A stretch of DNA of 64,000 nucleotides from Wolbachia sp. (GCA_051710285.1 JBPETD010000001.1:29529-93528); one strand, 5' to 3'. Shown: positions 49,172 through 59,675, counted from the stretch's first letter. Notes: a model not told the origin generated them from the letters alone. A program made the numbers and translations.

Positions 49172-49606
49172 GTGTTTAGATACCGATATATGGAGCTTGC
49201 AATAGAGCAAGCAAAACTTGCCCAAAAGAGTGACGAAATTCCCATAGGTGCTGTAATAGTGAGTAGAAACAATGTAATTTCTTATGCACACAACATATCC
49301 AATGATCCAACTGCACATGCGGAGATGTTAGTGATTAAACAAGCATGTAAATTACTTTCAACGTCAGTACTTTGTGATGCCGACGTGTATGTAACATTAG
49401 AACCGTGTCCAATGTGTGCTCAAGCTATCTCCTTTGCAAGAATTAAACGATTATATTTTGGGGCCTATAATCCAAAAGGTGGAGGAATTGAAAATGGGGC
49501 TAAAATATTTCAATTTTGCAACCACGTACCTGAAGTTTATGGCGGAGTATTAGAAACAGAGTGCTCTTTATTGCTAAAAGATTTTTTTGAGAAACTGAGA
49601 ACCTAA
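49172..49606 (+). CDS. tadA: tRNA adenosine(34) deaminase
   Basis: EIPIGAV, DPTAHAE, TLEPCPMC. Confidence 0.88.
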   Translation: MFRYRYMELAIEQAKLAQKSDEIPIGAVIVSRNNVISYAHNISNDPTAHAEMLVIKQACKLLSTSVLCDADVYVTLEPCPMCAQAISFARIKRLYFGAYNPKGGGIENGAKIFQFCNHVPEVYGGVLETECSLLLKDFFEKLRT

Positions 49607-49710
49607 TTAGGCTTAGTTATTCCAGCGTGTACTGATTAAGTTGAGTGTCTTTTAATTTTGTAATCCTTTCGATTTGACTAACGGAAAGTATATGATATAT
49701 ATCAGAATTT

Positions 49711-50982
49711 TTACCAATCAAAATTTTTATCTCGTGGTTTTATTTGCGATATTGCCACCAAACTTACTAATAAGCAGAAGATTATATAAAGCCCAGCAGA
49801 AAAGTTTATTTGAGGGAATGTTATAGTAAACCAAGTACATATCATAGGAGTAAACCCGCCATGTAAAGCATAAGAAATGTTACGTGATAAACTCACTCCA
49901 CTAAATCTAACATTAGTAGGGAAGAGTTCAGATGTTACTATTCCTATAGGATTTATACCCCTTTCTACTATAGAGAGAATCATTACACTAAGCATAATTA
50001 TAAGATAACTTTTATAGTGGTATGCAATAGATAACATAGGACAACACAGTACCATAGTAATCACTATAAATATGATTGCAATGCGATCTTTCCCAACCTT
50101 ATCAGCTAGCATTCCAAATGCTATTGAAGATATCGGAATTAATACACTGGTTATAATGAGCACAATTTCGTTGATATATGTTGTTACATACGTCTCAACA
50201 GATACTATCTCTTTTGCAATTGTTCTGAGAAATATTGTGAATCCAACAGCAACATTAACGGGTACAGATATTAAAATAGCAAGTGTAAGAGCTCTCTTGT
50301 GGTGTTTTATAAGCTCTATTACCGGTAAGTTAGACAAACTTCTGTGTTTACGATTTTCTTCATATGCTGGAGTTTCTCCTAATGTGTATATACTATACGC
50401 GCTAATCAGTCCCAAAACAGCTGAAAAAGTAAATGGTATTCTCCAACCCCAAGCGTTAAAGTCAGTGATTTTTTTGCAGATTACCACTATTGCCACAGAA
50501 AGCAAAACGCCAACGGAGCGACCAAAACTTATTATTCCAAAAAACATTCCTAGTTTTTTCTTATTAGGTAAATGCTCTATGAGATAAACAGAACTGCCTC
50601 CTTGTTCAGCGCCTAGTGCAATCCCTTGTGTTAGATGAATTGCAAGAAGTAACATAGTGGAAGCTATACCTACCCGGCTGTAACCTGGAATAAACGCAAC
50701 GAGGCTAGAGGAAATCGATGTTAGCAAGATGGCAATTGTTAACGCTACCTTCCTTCCATATCTGTCACCAATGTGACCAAATATAGATGCGCCAAGTGGC
50801 CTTACCATAGCACCCAGTGCTGCAATTCCAAACAATTGTAATATATTGTAGTAAACATCTTTTGCAGAACAAAACTCTCTACTGATTATGTTAACCATGT
50901 CAATAAAGAGCATGTGATCATACCATATTGCGACTCTGCAGAGTATTGTTGATATCAATACCCTTGTTTGCTGATTGTACAC
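49711..50982 (-). CDS. MFS transporter, ProP-like (likely start GTG 50982)
   Basis: WYD, RPLGASIFGHIGDRYGRK, WGWRIPF, ETP, ELFPTNVR; the longer ORF start runs into a repeat. Confidence 0.9.
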   Translation of the reverse strand: MYNQQTRVLISTILCRVAIWYDHMLFIDMVNIISREFCSAKDVYYNILQLFGIAALGAMVRPLGASIFGHIGDRYGRKVALTIAILLTSISSSLVAFIPGYSRVGIASTMLLLAIHLTQGIALGAEQGGSSVYLIEHLPNKKKLGMFFGIISFGRSVGVLLSVAIVVICKKITDFNAWGWRIPFTFSAVLGLISAYSIYTLGETPAYEENRKHRSLSNLPVIELIKHHKRALTLAILISVPVNVAVGFTIFLRTIAKEIVSVETYVTTYINEIVLIITSVLIPISSIAFGMLADKVGKDRIAIIFIVITMVLCCPMLSIAYHYKSYLIIMLSVMILSIVERGINPIGIVTSELFPTNVRFSGVSLSRNISYALHGGFTPMICTWFTITFPQINFSAGLYIIFCLLVSLVAISQIKPRDKNFDW

Positions 50983-51080
50983 TAGATTCAATTTATAAAT
51001 GTTTGCCAATTTTAGCCAGTTCTTAGGATCTAGTAAAGCTGTAACATAAGGCGTGAGGTTAACTTTTTTATTATGGTATG

Positions 51081-51135
51081 CACATCTGCACGAACATTGC
51101 ACTTAGCAAGTAATTCGTACAACAAAAGATATCAT
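51081..51135 (+). mobile_element. Isolated left end of MITE-like family A
   Basis: CACATCTGCACGAACATTGCACTTAGCAAGTAATTCGTACAAC matches 55565-55607. Confidence 0.75.
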
Positions 51136-51258
51136 AAAAGATTTGATATAAGTTAATATTATCTATAGTATAATTAAAGCTAGAAATTATGCACAATACT
51201 TGCTTAATTAACAAATTAATGTTTTAATTTATAAATTAATATGATAAAGTAACAAACT

Positions 51259-52380
51259 ATGACAGATGACAGAGATCTAATTTTAATAGATTATTTGGTA
51301 TAAAAGATGAAGATAGATCATTATTTTCTAAACATAGGAAATAACTTTATTATGAATAAACAAGGTTATCTATTGAGAACGCCATTGGTTATGATCAAGA
51401 AATGTTTGAAAATACAAAAAACTTTTAATCGAGAAGATGACTCAGAAGTGAGAGACTTGTACTCATATCTATGTGCCTATGTTAGCAACCATAATCTATT
51501 AGCTAATAAGAATACTTTTTCTAAAAAATTTTTTGACTTTCATGCTTAAGAGAATTGTATAAGATCTCAAGAATCATGAAAATCATTAATAGACGATTTG
51601 ATGAATGAAGCAAAACCGGTGATCAATGTTTTGTAGATACAATATTGCAAAACTCATAAGCTATATTTCAAAAGTTAAATGAAATTAAGAAAGAGATAAA
51701 AGCTTAAGAATATAACCAATAGCAAAAAGTATCCTGAAAAGTCAAAGCATGTTAGTGAGCTCTCTAGCCGGCACAAAAATTCGTAAAGATATAAAATAGG
51801 TTTAACGCGAAGTATCAGTATAGTCAAGAGACCACGACAGCACCAGAAAATTTCGTGCGATTCATAGACGAAAATTTTAAATTGTCGGAAAACGAAAATG
51901 GCTATTCGTTTCTATGCTTTATGCTAGAAAATATTCTATTCAAGGAACAGACTGATCATGCTTTATTAATAAAGAAAAATGATTATAATGCAGATTTGTG
52001 TTCTATGATCCTAATTTTGATGCGGTTTTCGGCCTGCAAAAGAAGAATTATTTAGAGTAATGATACATGTATTTTCTATTTATAAAAACAGATTCTATGT
52101 TTTCTAAGTATCGATTAAATGAATGTAAATATTTTATACATGGTAGGCTAGCTAGTACACTTGTGTTATGGTCAGCAGCTATTATTTGCTTATCCTCTCT
52201 TTCTACTGGTATACCTGCATCATGGTCAGTGTTTGGTGCTATCATTCCTATGGTATCGTTTATGCTCCTTTCTACAGTCTTATTCGCCGGCTTATGTTTA
52301 ATACATCAATTATCAAAAATTAAGAATGTGAAATGAAAATTCTATACCAATGATACATTAAATTACACGAACTCAGTGTA
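51259..52380 (+). pseudogene. Degraded hypothetical gene with C-terminal hydrophobic helices
   Basis: Collinear fragments 51307-51549, 51855-52055, 52067-52336. Confidence 0.5.
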
Positions 52381-52809
52381 AAATTATTCAAAAAGCGGCT
52401 TTATTATGATTCTGTAGAGCTGAATGATATTCCTAATGTAAGTGGATATCACAATTTTTATAAGATGTTGAAAATGTAATGCAGGAGGTAGTTGATATGC
52501 AAAAACATCTGACAAAGGGTACTTGAATATTAAACAAGTTTTTAGTAGTAGCGCGCCAGGCGTATAACAACCGTCATTCACATAAGTTTACATTAACCTA
52601 AGCAAGAATTGCTGTGATAGCTATTTGATATAAAAGTTCTTACAACAAACAGATTTTTATTGATCATATGATCAGGTATAGTGCTGCAAAATTATAAACA
52701 AAAGATTTTTAAAGACACATAGTTGATCTCATCCGCTAACGCGTAGAGGAACGACGTATTGTTTGTAGACATTATAGTATGTCTATTGTTTCGCCACTTT
52801 ATTGTGCAG

Positions 52810-53625
52810 TTATTGGAGATAGTCTCTAATCTTCTTCAAATCTTCCCAAGCTAAACGTTTTTGTGTTGGCTGGCGAAGTAAGTAAGCTGGATGAAATATA
52901 ACAGCCGTGGTAATTGGATTAGACAAATATTGGTTAGTATACGTATGAAACCTGCCACGCAGGGTTGATATTGTCTTTATGTTATTAAGTAGGCTATAAC
53001 ACGCAATTCCTCCAACCAAAATTAGAATCTGCGGTGAAATCAGTGCAATATGTTTTTCGACGAATGGCCTGCACATATCAAGTTCTAGGTCAGTTGGTTT
53101 TCTGTTGCCAGGTGGACGCCAAAATACGGCATTGCTTATATAAACTTTGGTGCGATCGAGATTAATTGCATCTAGCATTTTATCAAGCAACATTCCACTT
53201 GCACCGCAAAATGGTATGCCTTGCAGGTCTTCATTTGCTCCTGGAGCTTCACCAACGAGCATAATTTTCGCATTTGGATTACCATCGAAAAAAACAGTAT
53301 TGGTTGAAGTTTTCTTTATTTCACAACCTTCAAATGATACAACTGCGCTTCTTAGCTCATCCACACTACTGCACTTACTTGCAAGTTTCCTTGCTTCAAT
53401 TATCCAGTCACTTGGGAACATGGATTGTTGCTCTTTTCGACCTTTAGTGTCATTCCAGGGCGTAAAGCTGGAATTTGCATCTTTCACAGTATCGTCTACT
53501 TGGATAATAGAAGACTGGACATTCTCTTTGCTCCTCAGCTCTTCTTCCTCCCCATCTCCTGTTAGCGTGCAGTCAACGCCCATTTCATGGTAAAATTTTA
53601 ATAATTTTAAATCCTCATTATTCAT
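52810..53625 (-). CDS. Uracil-DNA glycosylase, family 4
   Basis: GEAPG, PFCGASG, RPPGNRKP, HPAYLLR. Confidence 0.93.
   Translation of the reverse strand: MNNEDLKLLKFYHEMGVDCTLTGDGEEEELRSKENVQSSIIQVDDTVKDANSSFTPWNDTKGRKEQQSMFPSDWIIEARKLASKCSSVDELRSAVVSFEGCEIKKTSTNTVFFDGNPNAKIMLVGEAPGANEDLQGIPFCGASGMLLDKMLDAINLDRTKVYISNAVFWRPPGNRKPTDLELDMCRPFVEKHIALISPQILILVGGIACYSLLNNIKTISTLRGRFHTYTNQYLSNPITTAVIFHPAYLLRQPTQKRLAWEDLKKIRDYLQ
53448..53509. repeat. Degenerate WPE in frame within the UDG N-terminal linker
   Basis: TGTCATTCCAGGGCGTAAAGCTGGAATT ... CAGTATCGTCTACTTGGATAATA. Confidence 0.8.
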
Positions 53626-54154
53626 AGCGCCTCTTTACCTTTTGTGCTTTTTTTATGGCCATATCATACTTCAATTTAGACAAATGTTTAATACATAATA
53701 TGCCATTTAAGTGATCTAGCTCATGCTGAATACATCTTGCAAGCCAACCATTGGCTCTTAGTGTCTGTTCCTCATTATTTAAGTTTCTATATTTTGCAGT
53801 TAAATACTTTGGATGCTTAATTTCGTGACATTGTTCTGGAATTGAAAGACATCCTTCCTTGAGAATTATTTGCTCATCAGATAATTCCGTAATTTCAGGA
53901 TTAATCATGCAAAATTTGCCATTTGATTCATATCCTGCTGGCCCGCCTTCAATGTCCTTTAGCTGAACATCCATAACAAAAATTCTTTTTAGTACCCCGA
54001 CTTGCACTGCAGCAAGGCCAAGACCGCCTGCATCGTACATAGTTTCAAACATGTCGTTCACTAATTCATTAATTTCATCGTTTATAGCTATTACTTCACC
54101 GGCACGTGTAGTTAATCTTTCATCAGGGGCAATTATAATTGGTAATTTAGACAT
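53618..54154 (-). CDS. def: Peptide deformylase
   Basis: GLGLAAVQ, EGCLS, QHELDHL. Confidence 0.97.
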   Translation of the reverse strand: MSKLPIIIAPDERLTTRAGEVIAINDEINELVNDMFETMYDAGGLGLAAVQVGVLKRIFVMDVQLKDIEGGPAGYESNGKFCMINPEITELSDEQIILKEGCLSIPEQCHEIKHPKYLTAKYRNLNNEEQTLRANGWLARCIQHELDHLNGILCIKHLSKLKYDMAIKKAQKVKRRYE

Positions 54155-54291
54155 AAAATCATAATTCTATGTTTTATTTTTTCCTTTGTCCAGTGTTTTG
54201 GTATATTAAAATGTTGCTGTATTTCTATAATAGAATATAAACTATTAAAGAAAACTACAATTTGAATGGAATTGTGTCATAAGGTCAACTG

Positions 54292-55530
54292 ATGCACTCT
54301 GCAGTAATAGTAAAGCCAAAGAGAAGTGTTTTTGCTATTTTAGATATAGGTACAACAAAGATTATTTGTCTGATCGTCAAGGTCAGTGGCAATTTCAGTT
54401 ATAAAACAACAGGAACGGGTTATAAGATTGCAGAAGGTATAAATGGTGGATCAATAACCGACGTAAAGCATGCAAATTACTCTATTTCATCAACTATAGG
54501 TCTGGCTGAGCAAGTATCAGAGGAGACTATAGATCAGATATATGTTAATATTGCCGGATGTGGAATTTCGTCTTTCAATGTACACAATGAAATTATTGCA
54601 GCTAATCATGAAATCTCTGACCGAGACATAAAACGTGTAGTCTTGCAAACGTTTGAGAAGTATATTGAGGAAAATGTTATCATTCACAATATACCACTAA
54701 AATATCACTTAGATGACATGACCGATATAAAGGAAGTTAGTGGATTGTATGGAAAAAGATTATCTGCTGACGTTAATGTTATCACTGCTTCTCGTCCGGC
54801 GCTTACCAATATTGAAAACTGTGTAACCAATAATAGTGGGCTTAGTATGGCAGGCTGTATTGCATCTTCATACTCTGCAGGTCTTGCTTGTCTCAGTGAA
54901 GATGAGAAGGAGCTTGGAACTGCCATTATTGACATAGGAGGTGGGTGCACTGCAATTGGAATTTTTAAAAGGGGGAAACTTATATATGCGGACAGCATTC
55001 CAATTGGTGGCATTCATATCACTAGAGATATTGCTTATGGATTATGTACAAGCATAGAACATGCAGAGCGCATAAAAATACTATATGGCAATACTATTGT
55101 GACTTCAATGGATGAAAACGAGTATATCACAGTGCAAAATAATGAAAGTGATGAACTAAACCAGGTGCTCAAATCTGAACTTGTTGACATTGTAAGACCG
55201 AGAATTGAAGAAATACTTGAACTAGTAATAAAGCAATTTCAGGAGGAAAAAGACACGATTAACAAAGTAGTAATCACGGGCGGAACTAGTCAGCTCACAA
55301 GCATGAAAGAGATTGCAAGCTATATATTTAATAAGCAAGTCCGTATTGGATGTCCTAAATCGTGTATTGGACTTGATGGTGAATATGATAAAAATCCTGT
55401 ATTTTCTGCTGCCATAGGTTCTATAAAACTAATAGTTGATACTTTTTATAAAAATAGTCCAGGAATGCTTGACCAGAATGGTAAAATAAGCAAATTGTAT
55501 CATTGGGTTAAATCGAAAGTTATAATCTAG
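54292..55530 (+). CDS. ftsA: Cell division protein FtsA
   Basis: LDIGTTKI, EDEKELG, IDIGGGCT, AERIKILYG, VITGG. Confidence 0.96.
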   Translation: MHSAVIVKPKRSVFAILDIGTTKIICLIVKVSGNFSYKTTGTGYKIAEGINGGSITDVKHANYSISSTIGLAEQVSEETIDQIYVNIAGCGISSFNVHNEIIAANHEISDRDIKRVVLQTFEKYIEENVIIHNIPLKYHLDDMTDIKEVSGLYGKRLSADVNVITASRPALTNIENCVTNNSGLSMAGCIASSYSAGLACLSEDEKELGTAIIDIGGGCTAIGIFKRGKLIYADSIPIGGIHITRDIAYGLCTSIEHAERIKILYGNTIVTSMDENEYITVQNNESDELNQVLKSELVDIVRPRIEEILELVIKQFQEEKDTINKVVITGGTSQLTSMKEIASYIFNKQVRIGCPKSCIGLDGEYDKNPVFSAAIGSIKLIVDTFYKNSPGMLDQNGKISKLYHWVKSKVII

Positions 55531-55564
55531 TTTCTGTTTCTCTTGATCATACAAGCGTCATACG

Positions 55565-55792
55565 CATAACTGTACGAACATTGCAATTAACAAGTAATTT
55601 GCGCAACAGTATGGTGTAATCACAGTGTTCTGACACTAGGATTCAGCTTTTCCATAATCATTAAAACGTTGTATTTTAACATAAACAGCTACTTTTACAC
55701 TCATCAGTTTAATAAAATTCTTGAATGCCAGTATCAAGTACTGGAATGACACTATAGTGGTAGACTTAAATCACAATGTTCGTATAGTTGTG
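55565..55792 (+). mobile_element. Complete 228-bp MITE-like element (family A) with 19-bp TIRs, 9-bp TSD and internal WPE
   Basis: TIRs CATAACTGTACGAACATTG / CAATGTTCGTATAGTTGTG (17/19); flanks CGTCATACG and CGTCACACG (8/9). Confidence 0.85.
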
Positions 55793-55834
55793 CGTCACAC
55801 GCTGGAATGACACCCTCATATATAGTTCATAAAT

Positions 55835-56290
55835 TGCAACTAGCTATAAGCATTAAAAAATTTACCAAGCAAAAAGGCGAAAGAAGCCATGTTGGTGGCT
55901 AATTATCTATATGTACCTCAAATATCGGAGTTTTTATTTTCAGCGCTACGGTTCAGCTACTTTTTAATGCAAATAACCAAAATTATAAATGTTAAGAATT
56001 TTACCGAGCAAAAAGCAAAAACCTAAGGCAGGCTAGTATTCAAATACTCCACCTTGTCGTCTGATATTCTGTACTGTCTTAACGACTTATAAGTGCGTTT
56101 AAGCTTGTATAGGTAAAACTAGAAGTTCTAAAAAGACGTAAGGTGCAACATAGAGTGCAAAAATTTAAACATGAGACGCAAAATACTCTAAGTTTTCTAT
56201 TATTAATCTGCTCAGATTGCGAGGGTAAACAAATAGCTTCGGTATCCTTATTAAGGGTAATGACGAAAGTTTTAAGTAGAGTTTTTTAGT
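55835..56290 (+). repeat. Tandem family B composite (subtype 4 + subtype 1)
   Basis: Two successive copies of the shared left end; internal modules match 30283-30405 (inverted) and 30892-31240. Confidence 0.83.
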
Positions 56291-56297
56291 TTCGTTT

Positions 56298-57590
56298 TTA
56301 GTTGGTATACGCCCTGCAGTTAAGCATAGATAAAAGCACAATTATTACGAACAGCATTCCGCTAACAACTGATACAGCTCCACCAATAATGAAACAGATG
56401 CGTGCTAGCATCGACGAAATGCTTGGTAAATCTACAATTTTCCTTAAAGCCCCATACCCACCAAGCCATACGAGGCCAGTAATATGGAGAAAATGCCCAA
56501 AATTGTATGCATAAATCTGTAATCTTACCACAGAACTTTTTATCTCTTTACAGCCTAGTTTTGGCAACAGCCAGTAGACAAAATTCATAAAAGCTATAGT
56601 GATACCAACCACAGAGCCATGGTAATGAGCGGGAATGGTGACATTTCTCTCAATAACCAACACTCCAAGCATGCCTCCATAGATAAATAGTACAAATGAA
56701 TGGAGCAAATAATTACCCTTCTCATCAAATAAGACTTTTATGTTGTGATACACTAGCATTATTAAGAAACACGGCAAAACTGCTCCAGCAATCCTCATAT
56801 GCCAAGTGAAAAACTGTATCAATTCAGCACTATCCACCGAATAAAAGAAATATATAAACGGCGCGCCTACAGCCAAGATTGTGTTGATAAATAGCGGCAA
56901 AATTTTATTGCTTGGAGCTAGATTGACGCTAGAATTTAGCATTATCAGATAAACCAAAAACATCCCTTGAGCAAAGGCAAATTGCAGCAAATGACCTCCT
57001 CCCCAGAAGAGATATTCATAAAATAAACTCTTATCTAAGTGATACAGACCTGGAGGCATATTTTTGAGAGCTAGAGTAAAGCAAAGAAATGATGATACAA
57101 GTATAATAACCAGTCCAATTTGCCCAACGAAAAGGTACGAAGCTTGTTTATTTGACACGTAGTTAAGGACTGCATTTGCCAATATGCTGGTAATAAACAA
57201 ACCGAGCCCAAACAAAAACAATTTGTTTTGTAATACGGGAATATAGTTACTTTTGATAACTTCAGTATCTGGAACGAATGCGGATATAAACATTAGTAGC
57301 ATAGAAATGGTTGAAAGAATCCATAAAAAGTTGAGCCAATTATTGGTATTTTGTAGATTTATGATAAGGAGTAGAGATATTATAGAGCACATCCACACCA
57401 AAATTGACAAGTTTACGTGTATTATCAGCGCATTGTCAAAAATATATTGTGCAGAAGGAATGAGAGAGGAAATAAAAGGCAATCGTAGAAAAATAACAAT
57501 TATTGATAGCAACCCGGAACAAGCAAGAGCACATACTGCCAAAAATATCCATTGCCTGCACAGTGGAGCGTTATTTTGTATATTGAGCAT
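56298..57590 (-). CDS. Divergent heme-copper oxidase subunit I-like membrane protein
   Basis: Multi-TM; HVNL, LFWGGGHLLQF, WHMR, PAHYHG, GALRK at positions matching HCO motifs. Confidence 0.8.
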   Translation of the reverse strand: MLNIQNNAPLCRQWIFLAVCALACSGLLSIIVIFLRLPFISSLIPSAQYIFDNALIIHVNLSILVWMCSIISLLLIINLQNTNNWLNFLWILSTISMLLMFISAFVPDTEVIKSNYIPVLQNKLFLFGLGLFITSILANAVLNYVSNKQASYLFVGQIGLVIILVSSFLCFTLALKNMPPGLYHLDKSLFYEYLFWGGGHLLQFAFAQGMFLVYLIMLNSSVNLAPSNKILPLFINTILAVGAPFIYFFYSVDSAELIQFFTWHMRIAGAVLPCFLIMLVYHNIKVLFDEKGNYLLHSFVLFIYGGMLGVLVIERNVTIPAHYHGSVVGITIAFMNFVYWLLPKLGCKEIKSSVVRLQIYAYNFGHFLHITGLVWLGGYGALRKIVDLPSISSMLARICFIIGGAVSVVSGMLFVIIVLLSMLNCRAYTN

Positions 57591-57685
57591 GGCTATTTCC
57601 CTTTTTTATTTTTGATTGATAAGATATTATGATACAAGGCAACATAAATTTTTCAAATTGATTAGCATTTTCGCGTGTAGTTCAA

Positions 57686-59494
57686 ATGAATGACATTACA
57701 ACAAAGCAAGTCATATCTTTCATTCTAAAAATGCTGCGCCCATTTCCATTTCATATTACAATAGTATTGCTGACAGCATTAGTCTGGGCTGTTGATATTT
57801 CCTTTAGTCCATACTTAATAAAAATTATTATAGATCGTGCATTAATATCAGATGCAGATGATCTTTTTCGTAGCATAGCAACTCCTGCTATATCTTATGT
57901 ACTAATACTAGTTTTACTTGAGTGTATGAATAGATTATACAACTATTTTTGTGAAATTAAGATGATTCCTAATCTCCGTAAAAACATTGTCGAATCTAGT
58001 ATTGCCATATTATTAAATCAAGATAATAGTCACTACCAAAACAACTTCTCTGGTAGTCTTGCCAACAAGGTTAATGATTTGACAAATTATATTCCAGATA
58101 TCATGCAAATTATGGCTGATAGGGTCATGGGTCATGTATTAGCACTTAGTATCGCAATTTATTTTTTATGGCAAGTAAATATTAATTTTGCTTTATTGAT
58201 GTTAACATGGTCTGCATTATTTGTTCTGTCCTCCCTTTTACTTGCAGGAAAGATAACGTATCTTGCAGATGCGTGGTCAGAGTTTGGTTCAAGCATTACT
58301 GGTAAAATGGTTGATGTATTTTCAAATATCATGTCTGTAAGGTTGTTTGCATGTAAGTACCAGGAAAAATTATCTTTGCGAGCTACTTATAGTGAAGCCG
58401 TTAAAGCAGAACAGAAACTGCAATGGTTATATACGTGGATTTTTACTTTCTATGGTTTCTTATTTCTAATCATGCAAATACTTAATTTATATTTCCTAAT
58501 TAAAGGAAGGGAGCAAGGGTCAATTACTGCTGGAGATTTTGCTTTTGTTATGACTGTTAATATAGCAATAGCTAATTTTCTTTGGATGATAGCAAAAGAT
58601 TTCTCACAGTTCTCTAAGTCATGGGGAAGGATTACTCAGGCTTTAAGGACAATTACTGTGATGCCTGAAATCCAGGATCAGCCAGATGCAGCTGATCTGG
58701 TCGTTAAAAAGGGGGAAATTACTTTTAATCAAGTTTATTTTTACTATAAAGATACAGAACCAATATTTGAAAACAAATCCATAACAATTAAGTCTGGTCA
58801 AAAGGTAGGGCTAGTTGGTTATTCAGGTAGTGGCAAATCAACATTTGTGAATCTGATTCTCCGGTTTTATGACGTAAAATCTGGGAAAATTTCAATTGAT
58901 GGACAAGACATTCGTAATATAACCCAGGATTCTTTACACAGAAACATTGGAATGATTCCACAAGATCCATCGCTTTTTCATAGGACTCTGATGGAAAATA
59001 TTCGCTACGGCAAAGCAGATGCTAGTGATGATGAATTGATAGAGGCTGCCAAACGTGCGCATGCCCATGAATTTATTTTAAAATTACCCCAGGGTTATGA
59101 ATCACTTGTTGGCGAAAGAGGTGTAAAGCTTTCAGGTGGGCAGAAGCAGCGTATTGCAATTGCAAGAGCTATTTTAAAAAATGCTCCGATATTAATTCTT
59201 GATGAAGCAACTTCACAACTTGACTCTGTGACTGAAAGTAACATTCAAGAATCCTTATGGGAGTTGATGCAAGGCAAAACTACAATAGTAATAGCCCATC
59301 GCCTATCTACACTTTTGCATATGGATCGTATTTTAATGTTTGACCATGGTAAGATTATAGAAGACGGCACGCACCAAGCATTGCTCGATAAAAATGGAAT
59401 GTATAAGACTCTATGGGATGCACAAGTTGGTGGATTTTTGCCAGAGGAAGGTGGAATGGTGTTCATGAAGAGGTACGTTGAAGAGCAAACATAA
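57686..59494 (+). CDS. ABC exporter, fused permease-ATPase (MsbA/multidrug-like)
   Basis: N-terminal TM domain; GYSGSGKS, LSGGQKQR, ILILDEAT, AHRL. Confidence 0.95.
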   Translation: MNDITTKQVISFILKMLRPFPFHITIVLLTALVWAVDISFSPYLIKIIIDRALISDADDLFRSIATPAISYVLILVLLECMNRLYNYFCEIKMIPNLRKNIVESSIAILLNQDNSHYQNNFSGSLANKVNDLTNYIPDIMQIMADRVMGHVLALSIAIYFLWQVNINFALLMLTWSALFVLSSLLLAGKITYLADAWSEFGSSITGKMVDVFSNIMSVRLFACKYQEKLSLRATYSEAVKAEQKLQWLYTWIFTFYGFLFLIMQILNLYFLIKGREQGSITAGDFAFVMTVNIAIANFLWMIAKDFSQFSKSWGRITQALRTITVMPEIQDQPDAADLVVKKGEITFNQVYFYYKDTEPIFENKSITIKSGQKVGLVGYSGSGKSTFVNLILRFYDVKSGKISIDGQDIRNITQDSLHRNIGMIPQDPSLFHRTLMENIRYGKADASDDELIEAAKRAHAHEFILKLPQGYESLVGERGVKLSGGQKQRIAIARAILKNAPILILDEATSQLDSVTESNIQESLWELMQGKTTIVIAHRLSTLLHMDRILMFDHGKIIEDGTHQALLDKNGMYKTLWDAQVGGFLPEEGGMVFMKRYVEEQT

Positions 59495-59675
59495 GGTTAA
59501 TGTATTTTGATCAACACATTCAGAGCTTAAAAATTTAGGCACAAAAAGATTGAGTATTTGCAAGAAATTGTGTGTAGTTATTAATGACTTCTAATACCAA
59601 ATCCCAATAGTAAATTAAAGAGTTTCTCTGCAATTATAGAGTTTTTAGCGAATTTACTATGTATCTTGTTTAATA

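Noticed and set aside
50983..51102. 40-aa N-terminal extension of the MFS ORF
   Set aside because: Starts inside a family A repeat end; MFS similarity begins at GTG 50982
51200..51240. Clusters of TTAA as CtrA boxes
   Set aside because: Spacings checked were 4 or 8, not 7; expected by chance in AT-rich DNA
54292..55530. ftsA outside a dcw cluster (and nrdB without nrdA, nuoGH apart from other nuo genes)
   Set aside because: Operon fragmentation is ordinary in Wolbachia
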